A DNA stretch of 64,000 nucleotides, taken from assembly GCA_963751955.1 (NCBI GenBank), contig CAVVWM010000016.1:41118-105117 (forward strand), written 5' to 3'. Made by a program: the position numbers and the translations under genes. This stretch comes from an uncultured Acidimicrobiales bacterium (GTDB taxonomy: Bacteria > Actinomycetota > Acidimicrobiia > Acidimicrobiales > SZUA-35). Below, piece after piece: positions 1-9,265 of this stretch; position 1 is the stretch's first letter; each line of letters opens with the position of its first letter. The notes under the pieces were generated by a model. That model ran no database searches and had not been told where the DNA came from. It saw only the letters and a program-made list of their open reading frames with translations.

Positions 1-1
1 C

Positions 2-1636
2 CGCGACCCAGAGCGTGCCATCGGGGCTGAGGCTCACCCCACCGGGGAGCCCCAGTGAGATCTCGCCGAAGACGTCGATCTCGCCACCCGGGGTGAGCCG
101 TACGATCTGGTTGTCTGCACCGGCAGCGAAGAACAGGCGGTCGTTGGCGTCGAAGGTCAGGTTGTCGATGGTGCCCTCGATCGACGTCAGCACCTCGACG
201 GTGCCCGTTGCGGTATCGGCTTTGAGGATTTGTCCGCCGGCGAGATCGGCGATGTGGAGTTCACCTGCTGAGTTGAACTTGGCGGATGAGGGCACCAGCA
301 ACCCGGTCACCACCGTTTCGGGGGTGACCGGGTCGGCGTCGATGTCGATCTTCACGACCGCTCCGCCGAAGAACAGCGGTGCGTACAACAAACCGTCTGG
401 GCCGAAGTCAAATGCGTTAACCGAGATGTCCGGTATGAGTACGACCGGGTCGGCCTCGAGTTCGGGATCCAGTTCGTAGAGCCCTTCACCGAGGAAGATC
501 CTTCCCACGATGAGTCGGCCGTCGTCAGACATCGTGATCGGGTTGACGCCGGGGCCCACGAACTGCTTCTTCAGCGTTCCGTCGGGCTTGAGCATCCCGA
601 CGCTGCCGCCGAGGATTTCGGTCCAGTAGATGGTGCCGTCGGATGTGATGAACAGGTCGTCGGGTCCGTTGACTCCCCGTTCCTGACCGATCCGGTCGAG
701 GATCTCGCCGGTCTCGGGGTCGTGCACCGTGATTTCGCTACCGCCGACGCTCGCGTTGTACACCTTGCCGTCGGGACCCACATTGATGCCGTTCAGACCG
801 TTGAGGGTGCCGGTTCGGCCGACGACCATTCCGTCAGCAGCGGTGAAGGGTTCGCTTGGCTCGCCGCCGTCGCCCGGCTCGCCGCCGTCGGCAGTGATCG
901 TGACCTTGATGACCGGACCGTTGAGCGGCGGAGTGATTCCTTGAGTGATGAGGCTGATCACTTGCCCGGATTCGGTCACGCCGGTGTTGGGCGCGCTCTG
1001 CCGTGGGGCTTGGTTCGGGCCGGTACCGGGCGCTTCATCCACCTCGGTCTTGGATTCCCACAGCTTCAACTGATCGGTGACATCACCGGAGACTGGATGA
1101 CCTGCCTCATCGAACAGGGCGATCCCTCTCACGTCGGACAGGGTTGAGTAGAACCAGTCGTTGGACTGCACGAACATCGTCACCAACGAAAGCTCATCAC
1201 CCGGATCGGCCTCGAAGGAGAACGAGTAACTGTCGCCGGGAAGGATCGGACCTGGAGCATCGGCACCGTCGGGGGTGTTGAACACTTTTGATCCCGGTAC
1301 CGCAGCTGGGAGTCCGGAAGGATCGCCATCTTCGGCGAGCGCCTCCAGCGCAGACGTCGCCGCATCTCGAGGATCGAGCAGCGAGTTCCGCCCTGCGGGT
1401 CGCACCAAATACGCCCCCGGCGAGAGCGGGACTGCCACCGTTCCATCCGACGTCGTGAGAGTTCCATCGTTGGAGACATTCTCAATCACCACTTTGAATG
1501 TGGTTCCTGTGTCCTCGGCGGCCGCAGGCGCGATCGGGCCGGCCATGGCCGCGACGAGGGTCGCGACGGCTATTGCCACGGCCCAGGGCACTCTCCGAAT
1601 TCTGGACGTTGGCGTCCCGATGGTTCCGCTTCGCAT
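2..1636 (-). CDS. Secreted protein: signal peptide + spondin_N-like domain + SMP-30/gluconolactonase-like beta-propeller (3'-partial, runs off window)
   Basis: Absent from the ORF track because it has no stop in the window. Read manually from ATG 1636 (AGGAG RBS): MRSGTIG...AIAVATLVAAMAGPIAPAAA, then TFKVVIENVS..VPLSPG..LEALAEDGDP (spondin-like), then NGINVGPDGKVY / GPDDLFITSDGTIYW propeller blades. Confidence 0.75.
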   Translation of the reverse strand, partial: MRSGTIGTPTSRIRRVPWAVAIAVATLVAAMAGPIAPAAAEDTGTTFKVVIENVSNDGTLTTSDGTVAVPLSPGAYLVRPAGRNSLLDPRDAATSALEALAEDGDPSGLPAAVPGSKVFNTPDGADAPGPILPGDSYSFSFEADPGDELSLVTMFVQSNDWFYSTLSDVRGIALFDEAGHPVSGDVTDQLKLWESKTEVDEAPGTGPNQAPRQSAPNTGVTESGQVISLITQGITPPLNGPVIKVTITADGGEPGDGGEPSEPFTAADGMVVGRTGTLNGLNGINVGPDGKVYNASVGGSEITVHDPETGEILDRIGQERGVNGPDDLFITSDGTIYWTEILGGSVGMLKPDGTLKKQFVGPGVNPITMSDDGRLIVGRIFLGEGLYELDPELEADPVVLIPDISVNAFDFGPDGLLYAPLFFGGAVVKIDIDADPVTPETVVTGLLVPSSAKFNSAGELHIADLAGGQILKADTATGTVEVLTSIEGTIDNLTFDANDRLFFAAGADNQIVRLTPGGEIDVFGEISLGLPGGVSLSPDGTLWVA

Positions 1637-1682
1637 AGTAAGTCTCCTGGTTTGGATGGGTAAGTCTGGGCGTAGCCAAATA

Positions 1683-1700
1683 CACCCCCCGAGGGGGGTG
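1683..1700. promoter_or_regulatory. Perfect inverted repeat CACCCCCC-GA-GGGGGGTG; candidate response-regulator operator
   Basis: 8-bp arms, about 50 bp upstream of the ATG at 1636. Confidence 0.35.
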
Positions 1701-2024
1701 GACTCCGACCGCCAACGCCTTTTTAGTGCCCTCTCTTGCCCGGCACCGACTGAACGCTGTCTGTGACTACTGTTACATGGATTGAGCAAGATTGACCAGC
1801 ATTCGTGATGATTTTTACCCAAGGATGTTCTGTTTCACGAGGAATTCGGTGGCAGGAACGGCCGTCCACCGTCCTGAGATGGCCCCGGAAGGGGGCGAAC
1901 CACGGACGTTCGGGATATCGGCCCCGACCACGTAGATATTGCCGGACGCCGATTCCATGTTTTGGGCACCCCATGTGGGGGTGGTCCTTTTCGCGGTGTC
2001 ACGGTCGTCTTCTAGGGTGTGGAC

Positions 2025-3362
2025 ATGATCCCTGTGGTCAGCCCAGAACAGATGACGGTGATCGACTCTGCCGCGCCGGAGTCGTTGCAGACCTTGATCG
2101 GGCGGGCCGCGTGGGCTGTGGCCGTTGAAGCACGCAAGATGTTGGGCAACACCTACGGACGCCGGGCGTGGGTGCTTGCTGGACCGGGCAACAACGGTGC
2201 CGACGGCCGAGAGGCAGCTCGCATTCTGGAGCGGTGGGGTGTCCGGTGCCGGGTGTTCGACGCTTTGGACCCGATTCCTCGCCCGCCGGGTCGAGAGCAC
2301 CCGGACCTGGTGATCGATGCTGCCTTCGGGACAGGCTTGACCCGGCCCTTCAATCCGCCTGATCTCCCTGCCGTCCCGGTCTTGGCCGTCGATATCCCCA
2401 GCGGCGTCAACGGGTTGACCGGTGAACGATTGGGTGAGCCGCTGGCAGCGGACCGAACCGTGACCTTCGGCGCTCACAAACCGGGGCTGCTGTTCGGCGA
2501 CGGTCGCCAGCTCAGCGGTGTGGTCTCCCTGGCCGGCCTCGGGCTCGACTGCTCGGCGACCAGAACCCGTCTCGTGACCGACCAGGATCTCGGGGCGTGG
2601 CCCACCCGGGCCACCGACGCCCACAAATGGAAGGCTGCAGTGAGGATTGTGGCCGGCGACCGGGGAATGAGCGGCGCAACGTCGCTCGTGGTCCGGGGGG
2701 CCTTCGCTGCAGGGGCTACCTATGTCGCCGTCGTCGGCGAGAACGGGGCGCTGCCGCTGGAGGCGGTCCAGACCCCTCTACCGGATCGGTGGGGTGAGAC
2801 GGTTGAGTTCACGTCGAACCGGTTCGCGGCACTCGTCGTGGGCCCTGGCATGGACCCCGATGACGATGGGGCGTTCGAACAACTCGCCGAGCTGTTGCCG
2901 GTGGGTCGACCCCTGGTGCTCGACGGGGGAGCGCTAGCTCATCTGCGACAGGCCAAGAAGGCTGTTCTGCACCGAACCGAACCCACCGTTCTCACTCCCC
3001 ACGACGGTGAGTTCGAGCGACTGATGGGGCGTCGGCCCGGATCGGATCGTATCGCCGAAAGCCGTGCCCTGGCATCGGAATATGGCTGCATCGCCTTGCT
3101 GAAGGGGCCGACCACGTGTGTTGCCGATCCTGAGGGAAACGTTCGACTGGTGACCGCCGGGGACCAGCGGCTGGCGACGGCGGGTTCGGGTGACGTGTTG
3201 TCCGGTGTGGTGGCTGCCGGGTTGGCAACAGGTCTCGCCGCGCTCGATGCGGCTGCGCTGGCGGCCCACCTCCACGGGGCGGCCGGTTCCGCCGGCCCTG
3301 TGTCGTTGACAGCAGGAATGATCCCCGGCTTGGTTGGTGAGGTGCTGGAAACGATCGTCTGA
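2025..3362 (+). CDS. nnr: Bifunctional NAD(P)H-hydrate epimerase/dehydratase
   Basis: GPGNNGADG, DAAFGTG, AVDIPSG (YjeF_N); TPHDGEF, LATAGSGDVL (carbohydrate kinase fold). TAGGGT -10 lies 6 nt before ATG 2025. Confidence 0.92.
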   Translation: MIPVVSPEQMTVIDSAAPESLQTLIGRAAWAVAVEARKMLGNTYGRRAWVLAGPGNNGADGREAARILERWGVRCRVFDALDPIPRPPGREHPDLVIDAAFGTGLTRPFNPPDLPAVPVLAVDIPSGVNGLTGERLGEPLAADRTVTFGAHKPGLLFGDGRQLSGVVSLAGLGLDCSATRTRLVTDQDLGAWPTRATDAHKWKAAVRIVAGDRGMSGATSLVVRGAFAAGATYVAVVGENGALPLEAVQTPLPDRWGETVEFTSNRFAALVVGPGMDPDDDGAFEQLAELLPVGRPLVLDGGALAHLRQAKKAVLHRTEPTVLTPHDGEFERLMGRRPGSDRIAESRALASEYGCIALLKGPTTCVADPEGNVRLVTAGDQRLATAGSGDVLSGVVAAGLATGLAALDAAALAAHLHGAAGSAGPVSLTAGMIPGLVGEVLETIV

Positions 3363-3460
3363 CCCCTGGATTCGCGCGTGGTCAGCCGGTTGCGATCTCG
3401 GCGGCGAAGCCCTATTGCGCAATGCCGTGAACAAGGAACAGGCGTACACGTAGATGTCCC

Positions 3461-4441
3461 CTAGAGCGTGATGGCACCGCAGTTGATGCCGTCGGCGTTG
3501 GGGCGCTCGAGGGTGGCCCATTGCGACAACGAATCAAACTCGGCCGCGCTGATCAGCTTGTGGTTGCGCAGGATCATGAGCGCGAGCGCATTGAACGCCC
3601 GCTCGTTTCCGTCGTCGACCGTGATGCACAACCCATAACCCGAATCTCTGACGCCACATACGAACACGCCCTCGGCGCCCAGTTTGGTGAACACTCGACC
3701 GTCGGTTGCACGAATCAGATCAGTGTCGTATCGGAGCTTCTCCCCGCCGATCATGTTGGGATTCGCGGCAACGGCGGCGGTAATTCGATTGGCGGCGGCG
3801 GCCCGCTCGGGCGACAGCGCACCTGGTGTGGCAAGTCGGGCCAAACCGGCGGCCAGCGACTGCAAAGGCATACGGAAGGTCGGGGCGCTGCAACCGTCGA
3901 GGGCATCGGTCAGTTCTGCACCGGTGATGTCGGCAACCGCAGCTCTTACTGCCTGTTGGGTCTTGGATGTTGGCGACAGATACTCGGCCGGATCATCGCC
4001 GACGTGGAGAGCGGTGAGGAGCATCCCGGCGTGTTTGCCCGAGCAGCAGTGATAGGACCGACGACGCTGACCAGCCGGTCGCTGAAACCACTGAGGGCTT
4101 GCCCCGCATCCCAACTGGTCTTCGGTCAAGTTTCCTTTGGCCAGCATCGCCTGGACGGTCCGCAGGTGTTCTGGCTCGGAACTGTGCGAGGCACAACAAA
4201 TGGCCAGTTCGGCCTCCGTGAACTCGAATGCGTCGGCCGTGCCGCTCTCGATCAATGCCAGAGCCTGTAGACCTTTCATCGCACTGCGGGCGAAGATCTG
4301 CTGCTGGGGATCACCCGCGCCATCGATCACGTCATAAGAGCCGTTGTCGCACAGCCGCACCAAAGCCCACGCCCCCCGGTGGAGGCTCTCCACGAAACCG
4401 GCCCGATCGAGCGTCGAGATGATCGGGTTGTCCAGGTTCAT
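3461..4441 (-). CDS. L-asparaginase II (class 3, Rhizobium AnsA-type)
   Basis: ESLHRG, RSAMK, ASHS, CSGKH, DGC, KLGAEG motifs; ATG 4441 overlaps the upstream stop (ATGA). Confidence 0.85.
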   Translation of the reverse strand: MNLDNPIISTLDRAGFVESLHRGAWALVRLCDNGSYDVIDGAGDPQQQIFARSAMKGLQALALIESGTADAFEFTEAELAICCASHSSEPEHLRTVQAMLAKGNLTEDQLGCGASPQWFQRPAGQRRRSYHCCSGKHAGMLLTALHVGDDPAEYLSPTSKTQQAVRAAVADITGAELTDALDGCSAPTFRMPLQSLAAGLARLATPGALSPERAAAANRITAAVAANPNMIGGEKLRYDTDLIRATDGRVFTKLGAEGVFVCGVRDSGYGLCITVDDGNERAFNALALMILRNHKLISAAEFDSLSQWATLERPNADGINCGAITL

Positions 4442-5268
4442 AACTTGGTGGCCTCTAGAGAGAACAGTGCAGGCACTTGGGATCGTAGAGGTTCGGGAAG
4501 GTACCAGAGTTCCCCTTCCCGGGTACAGCTGGGAACGAACTGCCACGGGATCCCTTCGTGCTCGGCCATTCTGTCGATACGCATTCCGGCTTGGACCAGA
4601 GCGTTCACCACATCGGGTATCGAATGGTTCCACTCATGATGGCGGGTTTTGGCGATGCCTACCCCCGCTGGATCGTCGGTGTAGGTGGAGGGTTCGTCCC
4701 AGCTGAGCGGCTCTTCGGGTGTGTATCGGTAGCGGTAGTGCGGTTCGATCACGCCTTCGATTTCTTCGAATACGAAGAGGAATGGGTGAGTATCTCGGAT
4801 GTAGAACCGTCCCCCCGGTTCCAGCAGCTTCGCCACTGCGTTGGCCCAGCGGTTGATGTCGTGCAGCCAGCAGATTGTTCCGACGCTGGTGTACACGAGA
4901 TCAACGGTTTCGCCTACGGCCGACGGGGCGTCGTAGATGCTGGCCTCCACGAAACGTGCGTTGCTGCCGCTGGCGCGGGCCAGACTTCGTGCCTCAGCGA
5001 TGGCGTCGGGGGCAAAGTCGACCCCCACAACCGAGGCTGCTCCGAGCCGTTCCAGCGAGATGGTGTCGGTGCCGATGTGGCATTGCAGGTGAGCGATATG
5101 CAGTCCGGCGAATGAACCAAACTGATCAGCGTCGAACTGCACTACGGAGCTGATCGTGGCCGGATCGTTCTTGTATTCGTCCAGCCGGTACATGGTGGAA
5201 TGGGCATGAACCCGAGCGCGGTCGTTCCAGTTGGCTTTGTTGTCCTCGTAGAAGTCTTCGATCCCCAC
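4438..5268 (-). CDS. Class I SAM-dependent methyltransferase
   Basis: HLQCHIGTDT, GVDFA, DLVYTSVGTICW. Confidence 0.88.
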   Translation of the reverse strand: MGIEDFYEDNKANWNDRARVHAHSTMYRLDEYKNDPATISSVVQFDADQFGSFAGLHIAHLQCHIGTDTISLERLGAASVVGVDFAPDAIAEARSLARASGSNARFVEASIYDAPSAVGETVDLVYTSVGTICWLHDINRWANAVAKLLEPGGRFYIRDTHPFLFVFEEIEGVIEPHYRYRYTPEEPLSWDEPSTYTDDPAGVGIAKTRHHEWNHSIPDVVNALVQAGMRIDRMAEHEGIPWQFVPSCTREGELWYLPEPLRSQVPALFSLEATKL

Positions 5269-5295
5269 CGTTTCAGTGTGGTCGGTGGCTCAGGC

Positions 5296-6393
5296 TCACA
5301 CCGCCACGGGATGTGGTTCGAAGTCCAGACGTCCGTGATCGATGTTCGGCAACACGTAGCGACTGAAGAGGTCACATTCGGCGGCGTGGGGATATCCGCT
5401 GAGTATGAACGCACCGATACCAGCCTCGGCCAGTTCGTTCAGTTTGCCCAGCACCTGATCCGGGTCGCCAACGATCGCGGCCCCCGCACCGGAGCGAGCT
5501 CTACCGACGCCGGTCCAAAGATGTCGATCGGCGTAGCCCTCTTCGTCGGCGCCCTCCCGCAACTCCGCCTGCCGGGCAACGCCGGTACTCTTGGAGTCCA
5601 GGCTCTTCTGCCGGATCTCCTTGCCGGTATCGTCGTCGAGTTTGGACAAGAGTCGCCGTGCGGCGGCGCGGGCTTCGTCCTCGGTTTCGCGCACGATCAC
5701 GTGGGAACGCCATCCGTACTTCAACGAGCGCCCCTTGGCCGCCGCTCGAGCGTCCATGTCGGCCTTGACTTCGAGGACCGAACTGGTGACATCGGGCCAC
5801 ATGAGGAACACGTCGGCGCCCGCAGCAGCACACTCGCGCGCCGCAGGGGACAGGCCACCGAAATAGAAAAGTGGACTCTTACCACTGACGGTGCGGATCC
5901 GAGGCGGACCAAGTGACAGGTTGACGAAATCACCCTGGAAATCAACGTTGCGTCCATCGAGAAGCTCGCGCAGGGCGTACATGATCTCGGTGCTTCGGCG
6001 GTAGCGGGGTTCGGAATCCAATTTCTCGCCGGGGATGTCGCTGCTGATGATGTTGATGGCCAAACGGCCGTTCATCATCTGGTCGAGCGTGGCCGTTTGC
6101 CGTGCGAGCTGGGGCACAACCAGCTCCCCGCAGCGAATAGCGAGCAACATTCGGATGTCGCCGGTGAGGGGAGCCATTCCGGCTGCGAAGGCGGTGTTGT
6201 CGATGCCGAGCTGATAGCCCGACGGAAGCAGGACGTTGTCGAAGCCATATCGCTCAGCAGTGAGAACGATGTTGCGGCAGTGCTCCCAGCTGGAGAGGAG
6301 CTCAGGGTCAGGCTGACCGAGAAACTCATAGTCGTCGTCACACAGCGCAGAGAACCACGCCATTTCCACTTGCGGTCCGGTCCAAGAAGTCAC
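5296..6393 (-). CDS. LLM-class flavin-dependent monooxygenase, SmoC/SquD (sulfoquinovose monooxygenase)-like
   Basis: WFSALCDDDYEFLG, NIISSDIPGE, YFGGLS, LMWPD, LWTGVGRARSG, FILSGYPH; these match my recollection of SQ monooxygenases rather than generic SsuD. Confidence 0.8.
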   Translation of the reverse strand: MTSWTGPQVEMAWFSALCDDDYEFLGQPDPELLSSWEHCRNIVLTAERYGFDNVLLPSGYQLGIDNTAFAAGMAPLTGDIRMLLAIRCGELVVPQLARQTATLDQMMNGRLAINIISSDIPGEKLDSEPRYRRSTEIMYALRELLDGRNVDFQGDFVNLSLGPPRIRTVSGKSPLFYFGGLSPAARECAAAGADVFLMWPDVTSSVLEVKADMDARAAAKGRSLKYGWRSHVIVRETEDEARAAARRLLSKLDDDTGKEIRQKSLDSKSTGVARQAELREGADEEGYADRHLWTGVGRARSGAGAAIVGDPDQVLGKLNELAEAGIGAFILSGYPHAAECDLFSRYVLPNIDHGRLDFEPHPVAV

Positions 6394-6494
6394 CCGATCA
6401 AGGGTAGGGATTGTGAGTGCGTCTCAACAGGGTCCTTTGTCAGCGCCAACCGGGTACACGTTCGGCAAAGGGCTCATTCGTTGTGGCTCCGGCG

Positions 6495-7583
6495 TTACAC
6501 GAATTCGCTGATTTCCACGACTCGACCCTCATCAATGCTGCGGTGCGCAGCTGCACCGACCACGACTGCCCAGAGTCCATCTTCGGCTGTCACCTCGACG
6601 CCGCGTTCACCTCGGCACACGGCCAGGAAGTCGATGTGTTCCAGAAAACTCGAGCCATGGTGAAGCCCTTCGTAGGCGATTGCGTCGTCGTGAATCTCTT
6701 CGATTTCGACGTTGCCTATGAAGTGCTCACCCCTCCGGCCAGCCTTGAAGATATTGGTGGGAATCAAGGCTTCAACCTTGCCCTTGGGGCCTACCACACT
6801 CATTTCTTCCTGATTGTGGGTGGCCTCGGCGAACATGCAGAGGTCGAGATGGGCGCGTCGACCGCCGGGATACTCGACGATCACGAAAGCGTTGTCGAGA
6901 ATGTCGGGCACTTTGCCGTCGTAGACCTCATCGAGGTGGTTGACGTTCTGGCCCCCCGAAGCCATGACCCGAACCGGATTGGTGCCGATGATGTTGTTCA
7001 TCAGATCGAAGAAGTGACAACACTTCTCCACAAGCGTGCCGCCGGTCTTCTCAGTGAACCGGTTCCAATCGCCGACCTTCTCCAGGAACGGGAAGCGGTG
7101 CTCTCGGATGGCAACCATCTGAGGATCGCCGACCGTGCCCGAGCGTACCTCGCGAAGCATCCTGGCAACAGGGGGCATGTAGCGGTACTCCATGCCCACC
7201 TGGGTGACCTTCGAGCTCTTGGCGGCAAGCTCGACAACCGCCTTGCAGTCCTCGACGGTGGTGCACATGGGCTTTTCGATGAGGGTGTGTACGTCGGCTG
7301 TCAGGACGTCGTCGAGGATCGCTCGGTGGGTGAAGTTCGGGCTGACGATCACCACTGCGTCGACGAGTTCACTCTCCAACAGCTCCCGATGGGTTGCAAA
7401 GGCGCCCACGTGGTCGGGCGCATCCGTCGCCTGTTTCGCAGCATCGAGCCCCAAGGCTCTGGAGCCGTCGTGGGGATCGGAGACCGCGGTGACTACACCA
7501 CCCTCGAGTGCATTGATGTTGAAGATGTGCTCTAGGCCCATCATCCCTGTGCCGATAATCCCGTACCTAATCAGATCACTCAC
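6495..7583 (-). CDS. Gfo/Idh/MocA-fold protein, putative GH188 NAD+-dependent sulfoquinovosidase (SqgA-like)
   Basis: GIIGTGMMG, EKP, EYRYMP, EHRFPFLEKVGDWNRF, GGTLVEKCCHFFDL, HHGS; adjacent to the SmoC-like gene. Confidence 0.72.
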   Translation of the reverse strand: MSDLIRYGIIGTGMMGLEHIFNINALEGGVVTAVSDPHDGSRALGLDAAKQATDAPDHVGAFATHRELLESELVDAVVIVSPNFTHRAILDDVLTADVHTLIEKPMCTTVEDCKAVVELAAKSSKVTQVGMEYRYMPPVARMLREVRSGTVGDPQMVAIREHRFPFLEKVGDWNRFTEKTGGTLVEKCCHFFDLMNNIIGTNPVRVMASGGQNVNHLDEVYDGKVPDILDNAFVIVEYPGGRRAHLDLCMFAEATHNQEEMSVVGPKGKVEALIPTNIFKAGRRGEHFIGNVEIEEIHDDAIAYEGLHHGSSFLEHIDFLAVCRGERGVEVTAEDGLWAVVVGAAAHRSIDEGRVVEISEFV

Positions 7584-7951
7584 CGTACTGATGGTAAGGG
7601 GTCAGGGAACAGCTCGGCCTTGGCAGAGGAGGGAACGGCCAGCAGCGTGGGAGCGGCGGCCACAGAACCGCTCAAGACGATTTGCCAGGAGCACACGCCC
7701 ACGACACCGACAGATTGTCACCGCTCGCGAATCGAATGTGCAGTCGAATCGCGATGGTCACGACAGTACCTGCGGTCGGGAGATTGCCGGGAAGGACAAT
7801 GCCGAGTTCGCCGGACGGGGTACGAGGCTACGATCTCGGCTGTGAAGGCGGAGACTGAATCGGAAGGTTTCGATGGCTGCGACCCGTTCGCGTTCCACAC
7901 GATGAACCCGTACAACCTTTGTGTGACCGTGAGCCTCCACAAGGACAGAAC

Positions 7952-9250
7952 GTGACTGCCATCGACGCAATTCAAGATCGTGCCAGACGGCCGCTGCCCG
8001 AGGTCGACATCGACTCGCTGATCGTCGCCGCTCATGGTCGATATCGCGTGACACATCCCCGAAGTGAAGAGTCCGATGCAAGAGCACGGCGGGTCATGCC
8101 CGGAGGAAACACGCGGTCGGTGCTCGACTTCGATCCGTTTCCGTTTCGAGCAGTTCGGGCCGAGGATGCGGTGTTGGTCGACATCGATGACCACCACTAT
8201 GTGGACTTCTGCGGCAACTACACCGCTGGACTTCTCGGCCACTCACCGGCTGCAATCAAGGACGCGATCGTCGATGCGCTCGATGACGGTTGGGCCCTTG
8301 GCGCCACTCACCAGAAAGAAATTGAACTCGCCGAGCTGATATGTGCCCGATTCCCGGGCATCGAGCAGGTCCGTTTCACCAACTCAGGCACTGAAGCCAA
8401 TTTGATGGCTATTGGAACGGCGATCCATCACACCGCAAAGGCAAGCGTTGGCGTGTTCGAGAATGCCTACCACGGTGGGGTGCTCAGCTTCGGAGGCGTG
8501 GGTCAGCCTCACCATCAATTGAACGTTCCACACACGTTTCGTGTTGCACCATTCAATGACCCCGCCGCACTCGATTCATTGTTCGACGACCCCGACCTTG
8601 GTTGTGTTCTGATCGAGCCTGTGCAGGGTTCGGCGGGATGCCGGCCGGCGGATCAGTCGTTTCTGGCTGAGTTGCGAAATCGCTGTACTGAATCGGGAGT
8701 CGTGCTGATCTTCGATGAAGTGATGACGTCTCGGCTCTCACCCGGCGGCGCCCAGCAACGGTTCGATGTGATTCCCGACATGACCACGCTGGGGAAGTAC
8801 ATCGGAGGCGGAATGACCTTCGGCGCCTTCGGTGGAAGGTCAGCACTCATGGCCCATTTCGACAAAACCCGGGGTGGCCAACTCACCCAGGCCGGCACGT
8901 TCAACAACAACGTTGTCTCGATGTCAGCCGCACTCGCCGCCCTTGCAACCGAGCTCGATCCAGCAAGGATCGATGAGGTGAACCGCCGTGGCGACGAACT
9001 GAGAGAGAGGCTCGACCACGCGTTGGGCCTGTCGGGACTGCCGATGTGGGTTACCGGGCTTGGGTCGATGCTGGCGATCCATTCCTCCGACGACCGGCTG
9101 ATGGAACTGCTCTTCCACGCACTGCTCGCCGATGGGTTGTACATCGCCCGTCGAGGCTTCATCGGTCTGTCGATGGCGGTCTCGGACACCCACTGCGATG
9201 GGCTAATAGACAGTGTCAACCGCTGGTGCAACGGGGTTGTCGCTGGCTAG
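7952..9250 (+). CDS. Class III PLP aminotransferase (GSA-aminomutase-like / beta-amino acid transaminase-like)
   Basis: PGGNTRSVL, FTNSGTEAN, YHGG, IFDEVMTSR, TTLGKYIGGG, AGTFNNN. Confidence 0.85.
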   Translation: MTAIDAIQDRARRPLPEVDIDSLIVAAHGRYRVTHPRSEESDARARRVMPGGNTRSVLDFDPFPFRAVRAEDAVLVDIDDHHYVDFCGNYTAGLLGHSPAAIKDAIVDALDDGWALGATHQKEIELAELICARFPGIEQVRFTNSGTEANLMAIGTAIHHTAKASVGVFENAYHGGVLSFGGVGQPHHQLNVPHTFRVAPFNDPAALDSLFDDPDLGCVLIEPVQGSAGCRPADQSFLAELRNRCTESGVVLIFDEVMTSRLSPGGAQQRFDVIPDMTTLGKYIGGGMTFGAFGGRSALMAHFDKTRGGQLTQAGTFNNNVVSMSAALAALATELDPARIDEVNRRGDELRERLDHALGLSGLPMWVTGLGSMLAIHSSDDRLMELLFHALLADGLYIARRGFIGLSMAVSDTHCDGLIDSVNRWCNGVVAG

Positions 9251-9265
9251 TGGCAGGCGCCCGCC

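Noticed and set aside
6417..7535. Long antisense ORFs (also 9590-10594, 45116-46459, 54001-54969 and others)
   Set aside because: Shadow frames of real genes, typical of high-GC DNA; no motifs.
7584..7951. Riboswitch or small gene in the 370-bp divergent intergenic region
   Set aside because: No recognisable aptamer consensus or credible ORF.
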